Source: Bacillota bacterium
GTDB lineage: Bacteria > Bacillota > Dethiobacteria > DTU022 > PWGO01
Direction: 5' to 3'
Assembly: GCA_012518215.1 (NCBI GenBank)
Contig: JAAYSV010000041.1
Span: forward strand, 30,931 to 94,930
DNA: 64,000 nucleotides
This document shows, piece by piece, positions 20,439 to 30,141 of this stretch (position 1 is the stretch's first letter; each line of letters starts with the position of its first letter). Under the pieces are notes generated by a model. The model was given only the letters and a program-made list of their open reading frames with translations. It searched no databases and had not been told where the DNA came from. A program made the position numbers and the translations under genes.

Positions 20439-20562
20439 GAGATGCCGCCGTGAGCGGCAACATCTTCCCTATAAAAATAAATCCCGAAGGCGGCCGACAG
20501 CAAACCCGCGCCGTGATGCAACCGTACCTGTTTAACGGTCGGCGCCGAAGGAGGAATCCTGG

Positions 20563-21297
20563 GTGAGCCATCCATACATATACCTGGGCGTAGCGCTGCT
20601 GCTGATCGTACCGGGTATCCTGATAAAACATTTCAAATTTTACTGGCTGATTGCCGGTTACAACACGATGTCCCGGGCGCGGAAAGAAAATGTGGACATC
20701 GAGGGATTGGGAAACTTTTTGGGCAATTGGCTCTTCACCCTGGGTGCCCTGTTTCTGCTCGCCGGGCTGCTCGGATACCTTGCCATCCCCTATCTTGACC
20801 TGATCTCCTGGAGCCTCTTCATCGCCGCCATCTTTTTCATACTGATAAAAGCACAGCGATTTGACCATAACCCCGTAACAAGAAGGGATCGGATCGTTCT
20901 GGGGCTGGTGCTGGGGGTTCTGGCTCTCTTCGGGCTGGCCGTTGCAGGAACGATGATCTACAGCAGCCTCCCGCCTCCCATCCAGGTGGAAGGTGATTCG
21001 CTGGAAATCGGGGGGATCTACGGGGTCAGCCTCCCCCTGTCCGACATCGAGGACGTTGCCCTGAAAGAGACGATGCCGCCGATCACCCGCAAGGTGAACG
21101 GATTCGATGCCGGCCCATTCAGAAAAGGCCATTTCGCGGTGGAAGACATGGGAAGGGGCAGGCTCTACCTGCAAGCATGGCAGGGTCCCTTTCTCTATAT
21201 TTTCCACGCTGACGGTTACGTGATCATCAACTGCCATGATCGGCAGATGACCGAGGAACTCTACCGCACACTGACCGGAACCACGGGCATCCAGTAA
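20563..21297 (+). CDS. DUF3784-like membrane protein with C-terminal bacterial PH-like domain
   Basis: LIAGYNTMS motif, four TM segments, RKVNGF...RKGHF. Confidence 0.75.
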   Translation: MSHPYIYLGVALLLIVPGILIKHFKFYWLIAGYNTMSRARKENVDIEGLGNFLGNWLFTLGALFLLAGLLGYLAIPYLDLISWSLFIAAIFFILIKAQRFDHNPVTRRDRIVLGLVLGVLALFGLAVAGTMIYSSLPPPIQVEGDSLEIGGIYGVSLPLSDIEDVALKETMPPITRKVNGFDAGPFRKGHFAVEDMGRGRLYLQAWQGPFLYIFHADGYVIINCHDRQMTEELYRTLTGTTGIQ

Positions 21298-21595
21298 AGC
21301 AGAATGCATCTTTTCTCCCGGTAACCGGATACAGCCCGGACATGATCATCTGGTCTAACAAGTTTCCAGAGGAACGGTGGCCTTTCCTGCTACCCCCTAC
21401 AAAACTGCCACCTGAATTTACACCAGTATACCGGACACTTCTCGGGTGTGTAAAATCCATTTTATGGTGTAAATTCCCCCTTGAATTTTCTTTCGTTGCT
21501 CAAGCCACCTTATCATCTTTTGTCCCAACACTTCCTTTTCCCACGGTTTGCCTCTTTCCACTCCTGGTATCATTCCACCTTGAAGCAGGGTTTGA

Positions 21596-22378
21596 TCACA
21601 GCGTGGCCGTTTCATCCAGCCAGTGGGCCAGGTAGCGCCACACTCGCCGCAAGATGCGCAGTTGATGCCCGGCCCCGGGGAAGATAACCATTCTCTTGTC
21701 CATCCCCTTGCCCGCCCGCCGATAGAGTTCTTCCGCGTGCATACAGGGAACCATCTCGTCTTCATCGCCGTGCATGATCAGGAGGCGGCGGGGTGAAATC
21801 TGCTCTATTCTATCTGCCGGGCATACGCTCAGGAACCTCTTCAACCATTTCTCGGGGGAAGACAGGCTCTCTGGTTGCCGGAACATCCCCGCCGCTTTGA
21901 ACCAGCCCCACAGATCCACCCCCGGTAGCCGCTCGGTAAAAAACCTGAAGTCCTGCGGGCAAGCACCTAGGGCGAGGGCCGCAACCCGCCGATCATGAGC
22001 GGCAACCTCCACCGAGACGGCGGCGCCGGCGCTGAAGCCCAGCAGGATCAGGCCTGCAGGGTGAGGCCCGCAGGTGCGGAAATAATAGTCGATAACTTCC
22101 CGGAGATCTGCAGTCCAATCGACCAGATCGAGGTTGCCTCCGCTTGACCCGGTGCCGCGAAAATTGAAGATCAACGTGGCCAGGCCCCGACGGGAGAAGA
22201 AGCGTCCCAGATGCTCATAGCCCTGCCGTTTGGGGCTCCGATGGGTGCTGCCGGAGGGTATACCATGGCAGATGATCAGCCCGGCCCCTCGATCCATCCC
22301 CCCGGCCGGGACAAAAGCCTGACCCTTGATCTCTGCCCCGTCGATCGTGAGCGTAAAAAAACGGCCTGTTTCGTTCAT
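21596..22378 (-). CDS. Alpha/beta hydrolase
   Basis: CHG, NFRGTGSS, GFSAG nucleophile elbow, HGDED, GAGH. Confidence 0.88.
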   Translation of the reverse strand: MNETGRFFTLTIDGAEIKGQAFVPAGGMDRGAGLIICHGIPSGSTHRSPKRQGYEHLGRFFSRRGLATLIFNFRGTGSSGGNLDLVDWTADLREVIDYYFRTCGPHPAGLILLGFSAGAAVSVEVAAHDRRVAALALGACPQDFRFFTERLPGVDLWGWFKAAGMFRQPESLSSPEKWLKRFLSVCPADRIEQISPRRLLIMHGDEDEMVPCMHAEELYRRAGKGMDKRMVIFPGAGHQLRILRRVWRYLAHWLDETATL

Positions 22379-22561
22379 AATTATTTCTCCCGATTTGCGA
22401 CTTTTTTTTGCCTATCCCGACTCTCATGGATATTTCCCGGGAAATACCGACCCTTTCATCTCCCGGCAGCGCGCATATTTCAAACATATTATGCCACAAT
22501 AAGTTTAGATCCGACTTTCTTGAAGTAAACGGCCGCTCTGCTGCTGTCGGCCGCTACAAAC

Positions 22562-23023
22562 ATGGAGACAATGATGAATTCATATTGGTCAGCCCTGTTG
22601 ATCGCCGCCCTGGCCGGAGCAGCAATGGCACTCCAGGGTTCATTAAATTCCGTTTTAAGCAAGGAGACAGGCCTGCTGGAGGCTACCCTGCTCGTCCACG
22701 TCATCGGCCTGGCCTTCCTGGGCATCCTCTTTGCCCTGAAACTCAATGACGGAAATCTGTTCGATGTGGGCCGGGCCCCGTGGTACAGTTTTCTGGGCGG
22801 TATTCTCGGTGTGGCCATCATCTACGGGGTAGTCGTGGCCATCCCCCGGATCGGGGTTGCCAGTGCCACCACCGCCATCATTATCTTCCAGGTTTCCACC
22901 GCCATGCTCATCGATCATTCTGGCCTGTTCGGCCTGCAGTCCATTCCTTTCAACTGGTACAAGCTGGTGGGGCTTCTGTCGCTGGCCCTGGGAGGCTATC
23001 TGGTGTTGGGGCAGGGAAAATAG
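22562..23023 (+). CDS. DMT family transporter (YdcZ-like)
   Basis: AGAAMALQGSLN, GGILG, LIDHSG. Confidence 0.85.
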   Translation: METMMNSYWSALLIAALAGAAMALQGSLNSVLSKETGLLEATLLVHVIGLAFLGILFALKLNDGNLFDVGRAPWYSFLGGILGVAIIYGVVVAIPRIGVASATTAIIIFQVSTAMLIDHSGLFGLQSIPFNWYKLVGLLSLALGGYLVLGQGK

Positions 23024-23028
23024 TCCGG

Positions 23029-23919
23029 TCAACGCATGTCAAGATCTTTGAGCATCTGCTGTTTGCCCGCCTCATCCAATATATAGTAATAAACCCCGTT
23101 TATATAGGCATCCTCCCCGGGGAGGTAACCGCTTTTTACCGAATCCAGATTGATGCGCAGCAACTTCTGGCCGAGCTGCGGCATTTTAAGCGGGGGGATA
23201 TTGGTGATGAGGTTGTCACCCAGCAAATTTACAAACCGGGGCATCTTGGTCACATTCGAAGCATTCAATGATTGCCTGGCAACGGCCAGAAGGAACTCCT
23301 GCTGCCTCTGGATCCTTCCGAAATCGGATCCTACTTTCCTTACCCGCACATAGGAAAGCGCCTCCCTGCCGGACAACCGTTGAGATCCGCTGCGCAGGAT
23401 AGGTTCAACCCGGGCGATTTCCGGTTCCACGTCGATAACGACTCCTCCCAGCAGATCGACGATCGCTTCAAAACCCTGCAGGTTGATGCGGGCATAATAG
23501 TTCATTTCCAGGCCCAGCAATTTCTCCACAGTTTCCAGGGTCAGCGGGATCCCCCCGTATGAATGAGCGTGGTTGATCTTGTCATAGCCGTAGCCCTTTA
23601 TGTTCACGTAGGTATCCCGTGGAATGGAAAGCATCGATGCCCCTTCCCCCTCCGGATCGAAAGAGACGACCATGATCGTGTCTGTACGGCTTCCGTCGGT
23701 GATATCGGCATCTATCCCCAGCAGGAGCACGTTTATGTTTTTGTTTTTTTGCGGGGGCCGGGGCGAAACGTAATGTTTTTCATCCTGTGCGGAACAGAAT
23801 ATGTTCTGCATCAAGGAGTAAAAATAAAAACTGGCAATGAGGACGATGATAAACAAGACGATAAAGACAGAATACAGGATTTTGGTTGCCCGCGAAGTTG
23901 GTTTTTTTCGGGAAGCCAT
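23029..23919 (-). CDS. LCP (LytR-CpsA-Psr) family protein
   Basis: N-terminal TM, LLLGID...RTDTIM, SIPRD, KINHA, SDFGRIQRQ. Confidence 0.93.
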   Translation of the reverse strand: MASRKKPTSRATKILYSVFIVLFIIVLIASFYFYSLMQNIFCSAQDEKHYVSPRPPQKNKNINVLLLGIDADITDGSRTDTIMVVSFDPEGEGASMLSIPRDTYVNIKGYGYDKINHAHSYGGIPLTLETVEKLLGLEMNYYARINLQGFEAIVDLLGGVVIDVEPEIARVEPILRSGSQRLSGREALSYVRVRKVGSDFGRIQRQQEFLLAVARQSLNASNVTKMPRFVNLLGDNLITNIPPLKMPQLGQKLLRINLDSVKSGYLPGEDAYINGVYYYILDEAGKQQMLKDLDMR

Positions 23920-23963
23920 CTTTCCGCTCCTTCCTCGTATCGATTGAAATAATCAAATGAATT

Positions 23964-25010
23964 TTATACGATATAGATCGGATTGCTGTAAATCCAGGGG
24001 CGGGGTTTCCCCCACCTGGGGCGATGATACACTTCCACGCGATAGGTGCCCCTTTCCAGCACCTTGAAGATCAGATTGTTTCCGATTCTATCGCCCACCT
24101 GTTCGCCATCCTTTATTATTTTTATCAACGGCTTGCGCCCCGGGGCTCGGATCATCAAGGAGGTACCCTCCCTGAATTCAAGTTCGGACCCCATGTGGGC
24201 TTTTTTTTCAGGGTTGAAAGCTCCGAAATAAAAAAGGCGGCTCCGGCCGTAACGGTCCATGCTGATGTAGCAACGCCCTTCACGCAAGGCATCGAAAATC
24301 TGATCCCTGGCTCTCTCGAAATTGGTGCTCATTTTCTCCTCGAGCATCACATAGGTGTTGATCGTGCGAAAAAGATCGAAATAGGGAAAGATGACCACCT
24401 TGAAAATCCCCAGGCGGAGATTGATGGCATGGGCATCGGTACCCCCTATGGCCACAACCTTCCGTTCCCGGGTCAGTTTATCCCACCTCTCGATCAATTC
24501 CCCGGGAGGGCCCTTCTTGATGGGGCCATCACGGTCAAAAAAATACCAGAACAAAATTTTCGGGACTGAGAGTGCCCCCGCCTTCCACTGCGAGCAGTAG
24601 TTCCACAGCTCTATTCCCGTGTAATCCTTCACTGACCAATCTTTCCAGGGAAAGGCAGCCCCATCGGTTACCAGCGGAGATCCCGTTTCCGCCGGATGAG
24701 CAAGAAAGCTGAGCCCCCCCTGCCGATTGATGGCATCAATCGATTTTTGCGGGGTATCCGTATAATCATCGATCGGATCACGGGTACCGAAGGCCAGCAG
24801 ATGGTTGGCTTTCTCGTGCAGCTCCACGCCCACGATGACCATCAGGTGCCCGTATTTGCCTTCCTCGGCAGCTCCTCCCCGGGTACGATGATCGGTGATG
24901 ATGATGAAATCCAGCCCCGCCCTGTTTGCTGCACCGATGATCTCTTCTATCGTTCCTGTTCCATCCGAATAGGTAGAATGGATATGGACGTTGCCCAGAT
25001 AATTGTACAT
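23964..25010 (-). CDS. PHP-domain metallohydrolase (CehA/McbA-like)
   Basis: HIHSTYSDG, ITDH, AHP, GGTDAH, WIYSNPI. Confidence 0.85.
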   Translation of the reverse strand: MYNYLGNVHIHSTYSDGTGTIEEIIGAANRAGLDFIIITDHRTRGGAAEEGKYGHLMVIVGVELHEKANHLLAFGTRDPIDDYTDTPQKSIDAINRQGGLSFLAHPAETGSPLVTDGAAFPWKDWSVKDYTGIELWNYCSQWKAGALSVPKILFWYFFDRDGPIKKGPPGELIERWDKLTRERKVVAIGGTDAHAINLRLGIFKVVIFPYFDLFRTINTYVMLEEKMSTNFERARDQIFDALREGRCYISMDRYGRSRLFYFGAFNPEKKAHMGSELEFREGTSLMIRAPGRKPLIKIIKDGEQVGDRIGNNLIFKVLERGTYRVEVYHRPRWGKPRPWIYSNPIYIV

Positions 25011-25250
25011 TTTAGCCCTCGAGATATAGATATAGTGGAAAAGGAGCATCCATTTCCTAGATATGATACTTTGTCCTCAAATCCTTCTACATATAAAAAA
25101 TAACTGCAATTAAAATAAAATAACAATTGCAGTTCGATGCGGGTACACGTACCTGCCCTGTGGCCTTCAAATTTATATTGTAACAGATTAACAATCAATC
25201 CCCCGGCCCATACCATCCACGATGGCCTGCCGCCCATCACCCCCCGCAGT

Positions 25251-25499
25251 TCAGATTCCCAGATATTTTCGTCTCGTGGCTTCCCCTCCCCTGATATGGC
25301 GTTCGGCTTTGTTGTTCTCCAGTATTTTTTTCACTTCCCTGGCCAGATCACGATCCAGGTACGAAAGTCTTTCGGTTATATCCTTGTGTACCGTGCTCTT
25401 GCTCACGCCAAATTCGGCTGCTACTTTTCTTACGGTCGCCCCAGTTTCCAGAATATAATGAGAAATTTCCATTACCCTTTGCTCGATGTAACCCCGCAC
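25251..25499 (-). CDS. spoIIID: Sporulation transcription factor SpoIIID
   Basis: ATVRKVAAEFGVSKSTVHKDITERL...RHIRGGEAT. Confidence 0.97.
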   Translation of the reverse strand: MRGYIEQRVMEISHYILETGATVRKVAAEFGVSKSTVHKDITERLSYLDRDLAREVKKILENNKAERHIRGGEATRRKYLGI

Positions 25500-25531
25500 C
25501 GGGCGGCCCCCTTTAACATTATCCTTAGCTA

Positions 25532-25560
25532 TAATTATGTTCAGCAGGGTGATTTAATGA
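25532..25560 (-). promoter_or_regulatory. Sigma-E-like promoter of spoIIID
   Basis: TCATT...CATAATTA on minus, upstream of a known sigma-E target. Confidence 0.5.
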
Positions 25561-25576
25561 ATCAATACACGTTCAT

Positions 25577-26371
25577 TCAGGGCAAATATTTTATGGGGTC
25601 CACGCTTTTCTGCCCCAACCGGATTTCATAGTGCAGGTAGGGTCGCTCCAGCCCGCTATCAAGAATAGCCTTCCGTCCCACCTTGCCGATAATCCGTCCC
25701 CCTTCGACGCCATCCCCGGCCTGAACGTTTATTTCCGCAAGATTGCCATAAAACGTATGTATATCATCAACATGTTTTATGAGGATGGAAGAGCCGTACA
25801 GGGCATCGAATTCTTTGACCTCGACCACCTCCCCTTCCGCCGAAGCTATGACGGCAGAGCCTTCGGGAACACAGATGTCAATACCTCTGTGTATGCGCGT
25901 GCTGGTACTGCCCCTGGAAGTGAAACTTATCGTTTCTCCAAATCCTACTTCCACATTTTTTGCGCCACCCTCAACGGGCCAGAGCAACCCCGGATTGACC
26001 GTTCTCTCGCCATCGGCCACGGTCATGTCCGTTGCACCACCTGCCTCATCGGGTTGCAAGTCGATTACCGCTTCCGAAGCGGGTCCACTGCCTACCGAAC
26101 CGGAATGCCTCTCCTTTTCATCCCCATGATCAGCATTCCTGACGATCCCTTCCCTGCCCAGCTGGATCTCGGGATAGTAGGTCCTGGCCTTCCACAAAAA
26201 TATCCCGGTCAACACCAGTGTTGCCACGATATAAACTGCAGCGATCTTGAAATAAAGGGGTGCTTTTTTTACCCTCTGCCCCCACCTTTTCAAGACTCTG
26301 GCCAACTTCGCGGTGTTCTTTTTCCACACCGTGGTCATATTATTGATTATTCTGTCTACTTTTTCTTTCAC
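25577..26371 (-). CDS. spoIIQ: Membrane-anchored M23/LytM protein, positional SpoIIQ homologue
   Basis: N-terminal TM plus HRGID and YLHYE; lies between spoIID and spoIIID as in Clostridia. Confidence 0.72.
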   Translation of the reverse strand: MKEKVDRIINNMTTVWKKNTAKLARVLKRWGQRVKKAPLYFKIAAVYIVATLVLTGIFLWKARTYYPEIQLGREGIVRNADHGDEKERHSGSVGSGPASEAVIDLQPDEAGGATDMTVADGERTVNPGLLWPVEGGAKNVEVGFGETISFTSRGSTSTRIHRGIDICVPEGSAVIASAEGEVVEVKEFDALYGSSILIKHVDDIHTFYGNLAEINVQAGDGVEGGRIIGKVGRKAILDSGLERPYLHYEIRLGQKSVDPIKYLP

Positions 26372-26415
26372 CGGACATCACCTCAAAAAGATAGTATCTC
26401 CCGCCAGGATCCAAT

Positions 26416-27492
26416 TTATTCCCCGGGCGGAACCACCAGGGGAAGTTCCTTTTTCCCGTCGGGATACACTGTCTTGATCTTGATGCCCGGGTAATAATGA
26501 AGGATGATCTGCTCGTAACCGAACCCGGTTCTGGCCATCCCATCGGCCCCGTACTGGCAAAGACCGACCCCATGGCCAAAACCCCTGTTTTCAAACAACA
26601 GGCCCTCTTCATGCACCTGTACGTCGAAAGCAGCGGAGGGAAGACTGAAAAGTTCACGGGCTTCAGACCCGCTGAGCCTGCAATCCCCGATACGTAAAAT
26701 CGAAACCCGGTTTCCGCGGGTAAGTTCTTCCACCTGCACGGCCGCCCCGTCGCCGGAAGCAAGCACATGCAGGCCATCACCGCCCCGATCCAAAAGGGCC
26801 GCATCTTCACGAGCGACCATTTTCTCTGTCCGGTAATAGGGAGAATGGCAACAGAAAAGGCATTCCCGGTCCTTCAAATATGGCAGTTCCGATCCTGCCC
26901 ACAGAGCTGCGGCATCCTCGGTCCGCCCGCCGCAGGTCGAGTGGTAACAGGAAAGGATCAGTTCATCATTGAAGGTTATTACCTCACCGGCTGTTTCGTG
27001 AACCGCACGGTAAATCCGCTGATATTTTTCCGGCTCATCCGCCGTCTCTTTCCAGGCCTGACAGTGAGAGCTATCCGTGCATATGTCAGCGTAAAAACCG
27101 TGACGAACACATCCGGAACCTCCAAAGAGCCGACTTTTCTTCAGTGTGTAGGTTCGGGCAGCCACCGCCTGCGCCTTCAGGGCCTCCATGGAAAAAGAGG
27201 TCGGCATCTCGGCAGCAACAACCCCGGCCAGGTATACTTCCAGGTTCATTTCCATTACTTTCTGCTCACGGGGATGATAAACCCGGACAAAAACATCCCC
27301 GGCAGCACCGAGGTCAGCAAGACTGTATGCCCGTTCGTCCACGGAGCATTCCCCCTCCATTCCCCGGCAAACAGTCGGGATGTAACTTGCAGATGGTAGT
27401 ACCCCGGGGGTCAAATTTTGCCACATGACCAGGGCTGGCAATACAAACATGACTACCAGAAGAAGCGAGTACATGATCAAGATCGAACGCAA
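26416..27492 (-). CDS. spoIID: Stage II sporulation protein D
   Basis: YLAGVVAAEM...EALKAQAVAART, YHSTCGG, GHGVGLCQYGA. Confidence 0.96.
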   Translation of the reverse strand: MRSILIMYSLLLVVMFVLPALVMWQNLTPGVLPSASYIPTVCRGMEGECSVDERAYSLADLGAAGDVFVRVYHPREQKVMEMNLEVYLAGVVAAEMPTSFSMEALKAQAVAARTYTLKKSRLFGGSGCVRHGFYADICTDSSHCQAWKETADEPEKYQRIYRAVHETAGEVITFNDELILSCYHSTCGGRTEDAAALWAGSELPYLKDRECLFCCHSPYYRTEKMVAREDAALLDRGGDGLHVLASGDGAAVQVEELTRGNRVSILRIGDCRLSGSEARELFSLPSAAFDVQVHEEGLLFENRGFGHGVGLCQYGADGMARTGFGYEQIILHYYPGIKIKTVYPDGKKELPLVVPPGE

Positions 27493-27561
27493 TGCCCTTT
27501 ATCTCCCGTCTCTTTATCGAATGAGAAGTGAAACACCCCTCATCCGAGGGGTTGACGGTAA

Positions 27562-27591
27562 AATATATGAGGATGGTCTTCATGATTATGC
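27562..27591 (-). promoter_or_regulatory. Sigma-E-like promoter of spoIID
   Basis: GCATAA...CATATATT on minus. Confidence 0.5.
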
Positions 27592-27600
27592 CTGAAAGAT

Positions 27601-28887
27601 TCAAAGTGCCCGGGTCTTCTCACTACCCTTCTCCAGGCGGCGGGCATGGGCTCCCAACATTCTCAATTTTTGATCAAAATTGTAGTATCCCCGGTCAAGA
27701 TGCATCGTCCCGGAAATTTCGGTGCGGCCCCGTGCAGCCAGGCCGGCGATAGCCAGTGCCGCCGCCGCCCTGAGATCCGTGGCCTTCAGGGAAGCGCCGT
27801 AGATGCATTCATGCCCCTGAATGATCAGGTTGCGCCCCTCCACCTTTATTTCTGCTCCCATACGGGTCAGTTCCTCGACATGGCGGAAACGGTTTTCGAA
27901 AACGGTCTCCGTCACCATACCCACTCCCCGGGCTATCGCCAGCAGAACGGAGAACTGTGGTTGTAAATCCGTGGGAAAACCCGGGTAGGGAAGTGTCTTT
28001 ACATCCACGGAGCGGAGCCTATTTTCCGATTCTACCACGATGTCCCCTGTTGCAGTCTGTTCGATAGTCACCCCCGCCTCCGCAAGTTTGGCCACCAGTG
28101 GCTTGAGGTGATCGAAGACGACATTCTGGAGCGTGATCTTCCCGCCGGTGGCCGCCACGGCGATCATGAAGGTCCCCGCCTCGATACGGTCGGGAATAAC
28201 ATGGTGTCTTGTTCCCCCGAGGGATTCTACCCCCTCTATCTTCACCGTGGGCGTTCCGGCACCGCTGATAATCGCCCCCATGGAAGAAAGGAAATTTGCC
28301 AGGTCAACGATTTCCGGCTCAAGAGAAGCATTTTCAATCACCGTTACACCCCTGGCAAGGGTGGCAGCCATCATGATATTTTCCGTGGCCCCCACGCTGG
28401 GGTAATCCAGATAGACATGCGCGCCCCTCAATCCATCGGTAACCGCTTCAACATAGCCGTTACCAACGATAAATTCCGCTCCCAGAGCCGCCAGCCCTTT
28501 CCAGTGCAAGTCTATGGGCCGAACACCGATCGCACATCCTCCCGGCAAGGAGATCCGGGCTTTTTTCAGCCTGGCCAGAAGAGGGCCGATGACCAGAAAG
28601 GAAGCTCTCATCCTGCTGACCAGATCATGCGGAACCCTGTCGTCCAGCAGTTCGGGAAAATAAATGTTGATCCGATTCTGTTTTTTCCGATGGCGGATTT
28701 CCGCACCCAGTGTTTCCAGTATCCTGCCCATGATCTCCACATCAATCAGGTCGGGCACATCTTCGATAATCACCGGTTCCGATGTAAGCAATGTGGCAGT
28801 CATGATAGGCAGGGAAGCATTCTTTGCTCCATTTATTCTGACCGTACCATGCAGGGGTTTTCCTCCTTCGATCTCAATCATATCCAC
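27601..28887 (-). CDS. murA: UDP-N-acetylglucosamine 1-carboxyvinyltransferase
   Basis: [37 protein letters not shown]. Confidence 0.97.
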   Translation of the reverse strand: MDMIEIEGGKPLHGTVRINGAKNASLPIMTATLLTSEPVIIEDVPDLIDVEIMGRILETLGAEIRHRKKQNRINIYFPELLDDRVPHDLVSRMRASFLVIGPLLARLKKARISLPGGCAIGVRPIDLHWKGLAALGAEFIVGNGYVEAVTDGLRGAHVYLDYPSVGATENIMMAATLARGVTVIENASLEPEIVDLANFLSSMGAIISGAGTPTVKIEGVESLGGTRHHVIPDRIEAGTFMIAVAATGGKITLQNVVFDHLKPLVAKLAEAGVTIEQTATGDIVVESENRLRSVDVKTLPYPGFPTDLQPQFSVLLAIARGVGMVTETVFENRFRHVEELTRMGAEIKVEGRNLIIQGHECIYGASLKATDLRAAAALAIAGLAARGRTEISGTMHLDRGYYNFDQKLRMLGAHARRLEKGSEKTRAL

Positions 28888-29021
28888 AAAAAGACTCCTT
28901 TTGTCATTGATATTGGACCTTTTATTATATTAGTATTAAGGGTGGCGGAAGAAGGTGAATAATAAATCGGTTTTTGCTGCCCGGCGTTAACATCGGAAAA
29001 TCGAAAAAGGTACACTTTCGT

Positions 29022-29738
29022 TCAATAAGGCGTTGACAAACAAGGAGTTCCGGCATAAATTTTTGTTCTATCTTCCTGATGGTGAGACTTGACCACCAGA
29101 TTCAGGTTGATCTTTTTACCGTCAAGGTCTATTCCGGATGAAAAATAGGGTGAGCTTCCCAATACATTCAATGAATTCCGGTCACCCTTTTCCTCCATCA
29201 TCGTTCCCCCCATCGACCCCATGATGCATTCCATGATCGAAACCATATCCGCCTTGCTTGAATGTCGGTAAATGGTACCGGCGAGCGTAAAAGTGCTCGT
29301 CCCGCCGGTTGTATATTTTTTCAGGCCTTGCGATACTCCGGAGACAGCTTTGCAAACAGCGTCAGTTTCCTGACCGGTGACACTGAGACCCACACGCGAT
29401 TTCCGCCCGCCATCCTCGCTGTACAAAAGAAGGACCCCGGTGGCACCGGAAGGCAGGCACCCCCTGATCCTGTCCCGGCGGTACCCTCTGGCCAGATCCG
29501 GCGATGCAAAACCCGCTTCCCGAAATATGCCCAGTATTTCTTCAACGGAAGGGGAATCATGGCAGAAGGTAGCTCCGTAAAACCCTGTACAGCTGGTCTC
29601 CGCAACCCCGATTTCTTTCAGGGCTTCTTCCATCATTTTCAGCCCTTTGCTGTTCCTTTCATTCTGGCCGGCTCCGGCAATGGCAACTGCTCCGGAAACA
29701 AGGATGATGATACAGATGATAGCCATTTTTACACGCAT
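29022..29738 (-). CDS. YwmB-like exported protein
   Basis: Signal peptide; C-terminal KINLNLV...IYAGTP...Y; canonical position upstream of murA. Confidence 0.7.
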   Translation of the reverse strand: MRVKMAIICIIILVSGAVAIAGAGQNERNSKGLKMMEEALKEIGVAETSCTGFYGATFCHDSPSVEEILGIFREAGFASPDLARGYRRDRIRGCLPSGATGVLLLYSEDGGRKSRVGLSVTGQETDAVCKAVSGVSQGLKKYTTGGTSTFTLAGTIYRHSSKADMVSIMECIMGSMGGTMMEEKGDRNSLNVLGSSPYFSSGIDLDGKKINLNLVVKSHHQEDRTKIYAGTPCLSTPY

Positions 29739-29845
29739 GTTCTGGATCCTTCCAAGGTAGTATTTTTCAAATATTATTGCCATTAACGGGGTGGAATATG
29801 AATGAGGGAAGTGGTGCCGCGAACAGAAATACCACGGCAAGAATC

Positions 29846-29874
29846 AAAAAAACGCCGCTTTCGAAAGCGGCGTT
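29846..29874 (-). terminator. Intrinsic terminator
   Basis: AACGCCGCTTTCGAAAGCGGCGTT perfect palindrome followed by a U-tract on minus. Confidence 0.88.
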
Positions 29875-30085
29875 CAAAATAAGCAGTCAGCTCTTAGCGT
29901 TCTATTGTTTCTTGATCTGCACACTATTCATGATTATACAATTATCTGTTTCTATATCTGCTGGTGTTATTGCATAAAAGCTGACCGCCCATATTTTGTT
30001 TCGATTTAAAAAAGCCAATGAGGAAATCCGTTTTTTCCGCAAAATTTGTTTTTTCTTTGTAGTAGTTATCCCTTTCACATTCTAT
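29846..30085 (-). ncRNA. Candidate structured small RNA (family not recognised)
   Basis: 16-bp stem (29975-29990 with 29881-29896) whose non-Watson-Crick pairs are all G-U on minus; twin GCAGAUnnAGAAACA motifs in the loop; terminator; upstream sigma-H-like promoter; no convincing ORF. The 5' end is estimated. Confidence 0.55.
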
Positions 30086-30094
30086 AAATACATG

Positions 30095-30121
30095 TTTCGA
30101 CATAGTTATTGTTTTTCCTGC
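30095..30121 (-). promoter_or_regulatory. Sigma-H-like promoter
   Basis: GCAGGAAAAACAATAACTATGTCGAAA resembles the AGGA...GAA(T) consensus. Confidence 0.5.
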
Positions 30122-30141
30122 TAAATAATTAAATTATTTAA

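Noticed and set aside
21518-21556. c-di-GMP-I riboswitch look-alike (GGCAAACC...GGGAC on minus)
   Set aside because: The stem after GGCAAACC does not pair, the GCAAAG element is missing, and no gene lies downstream.
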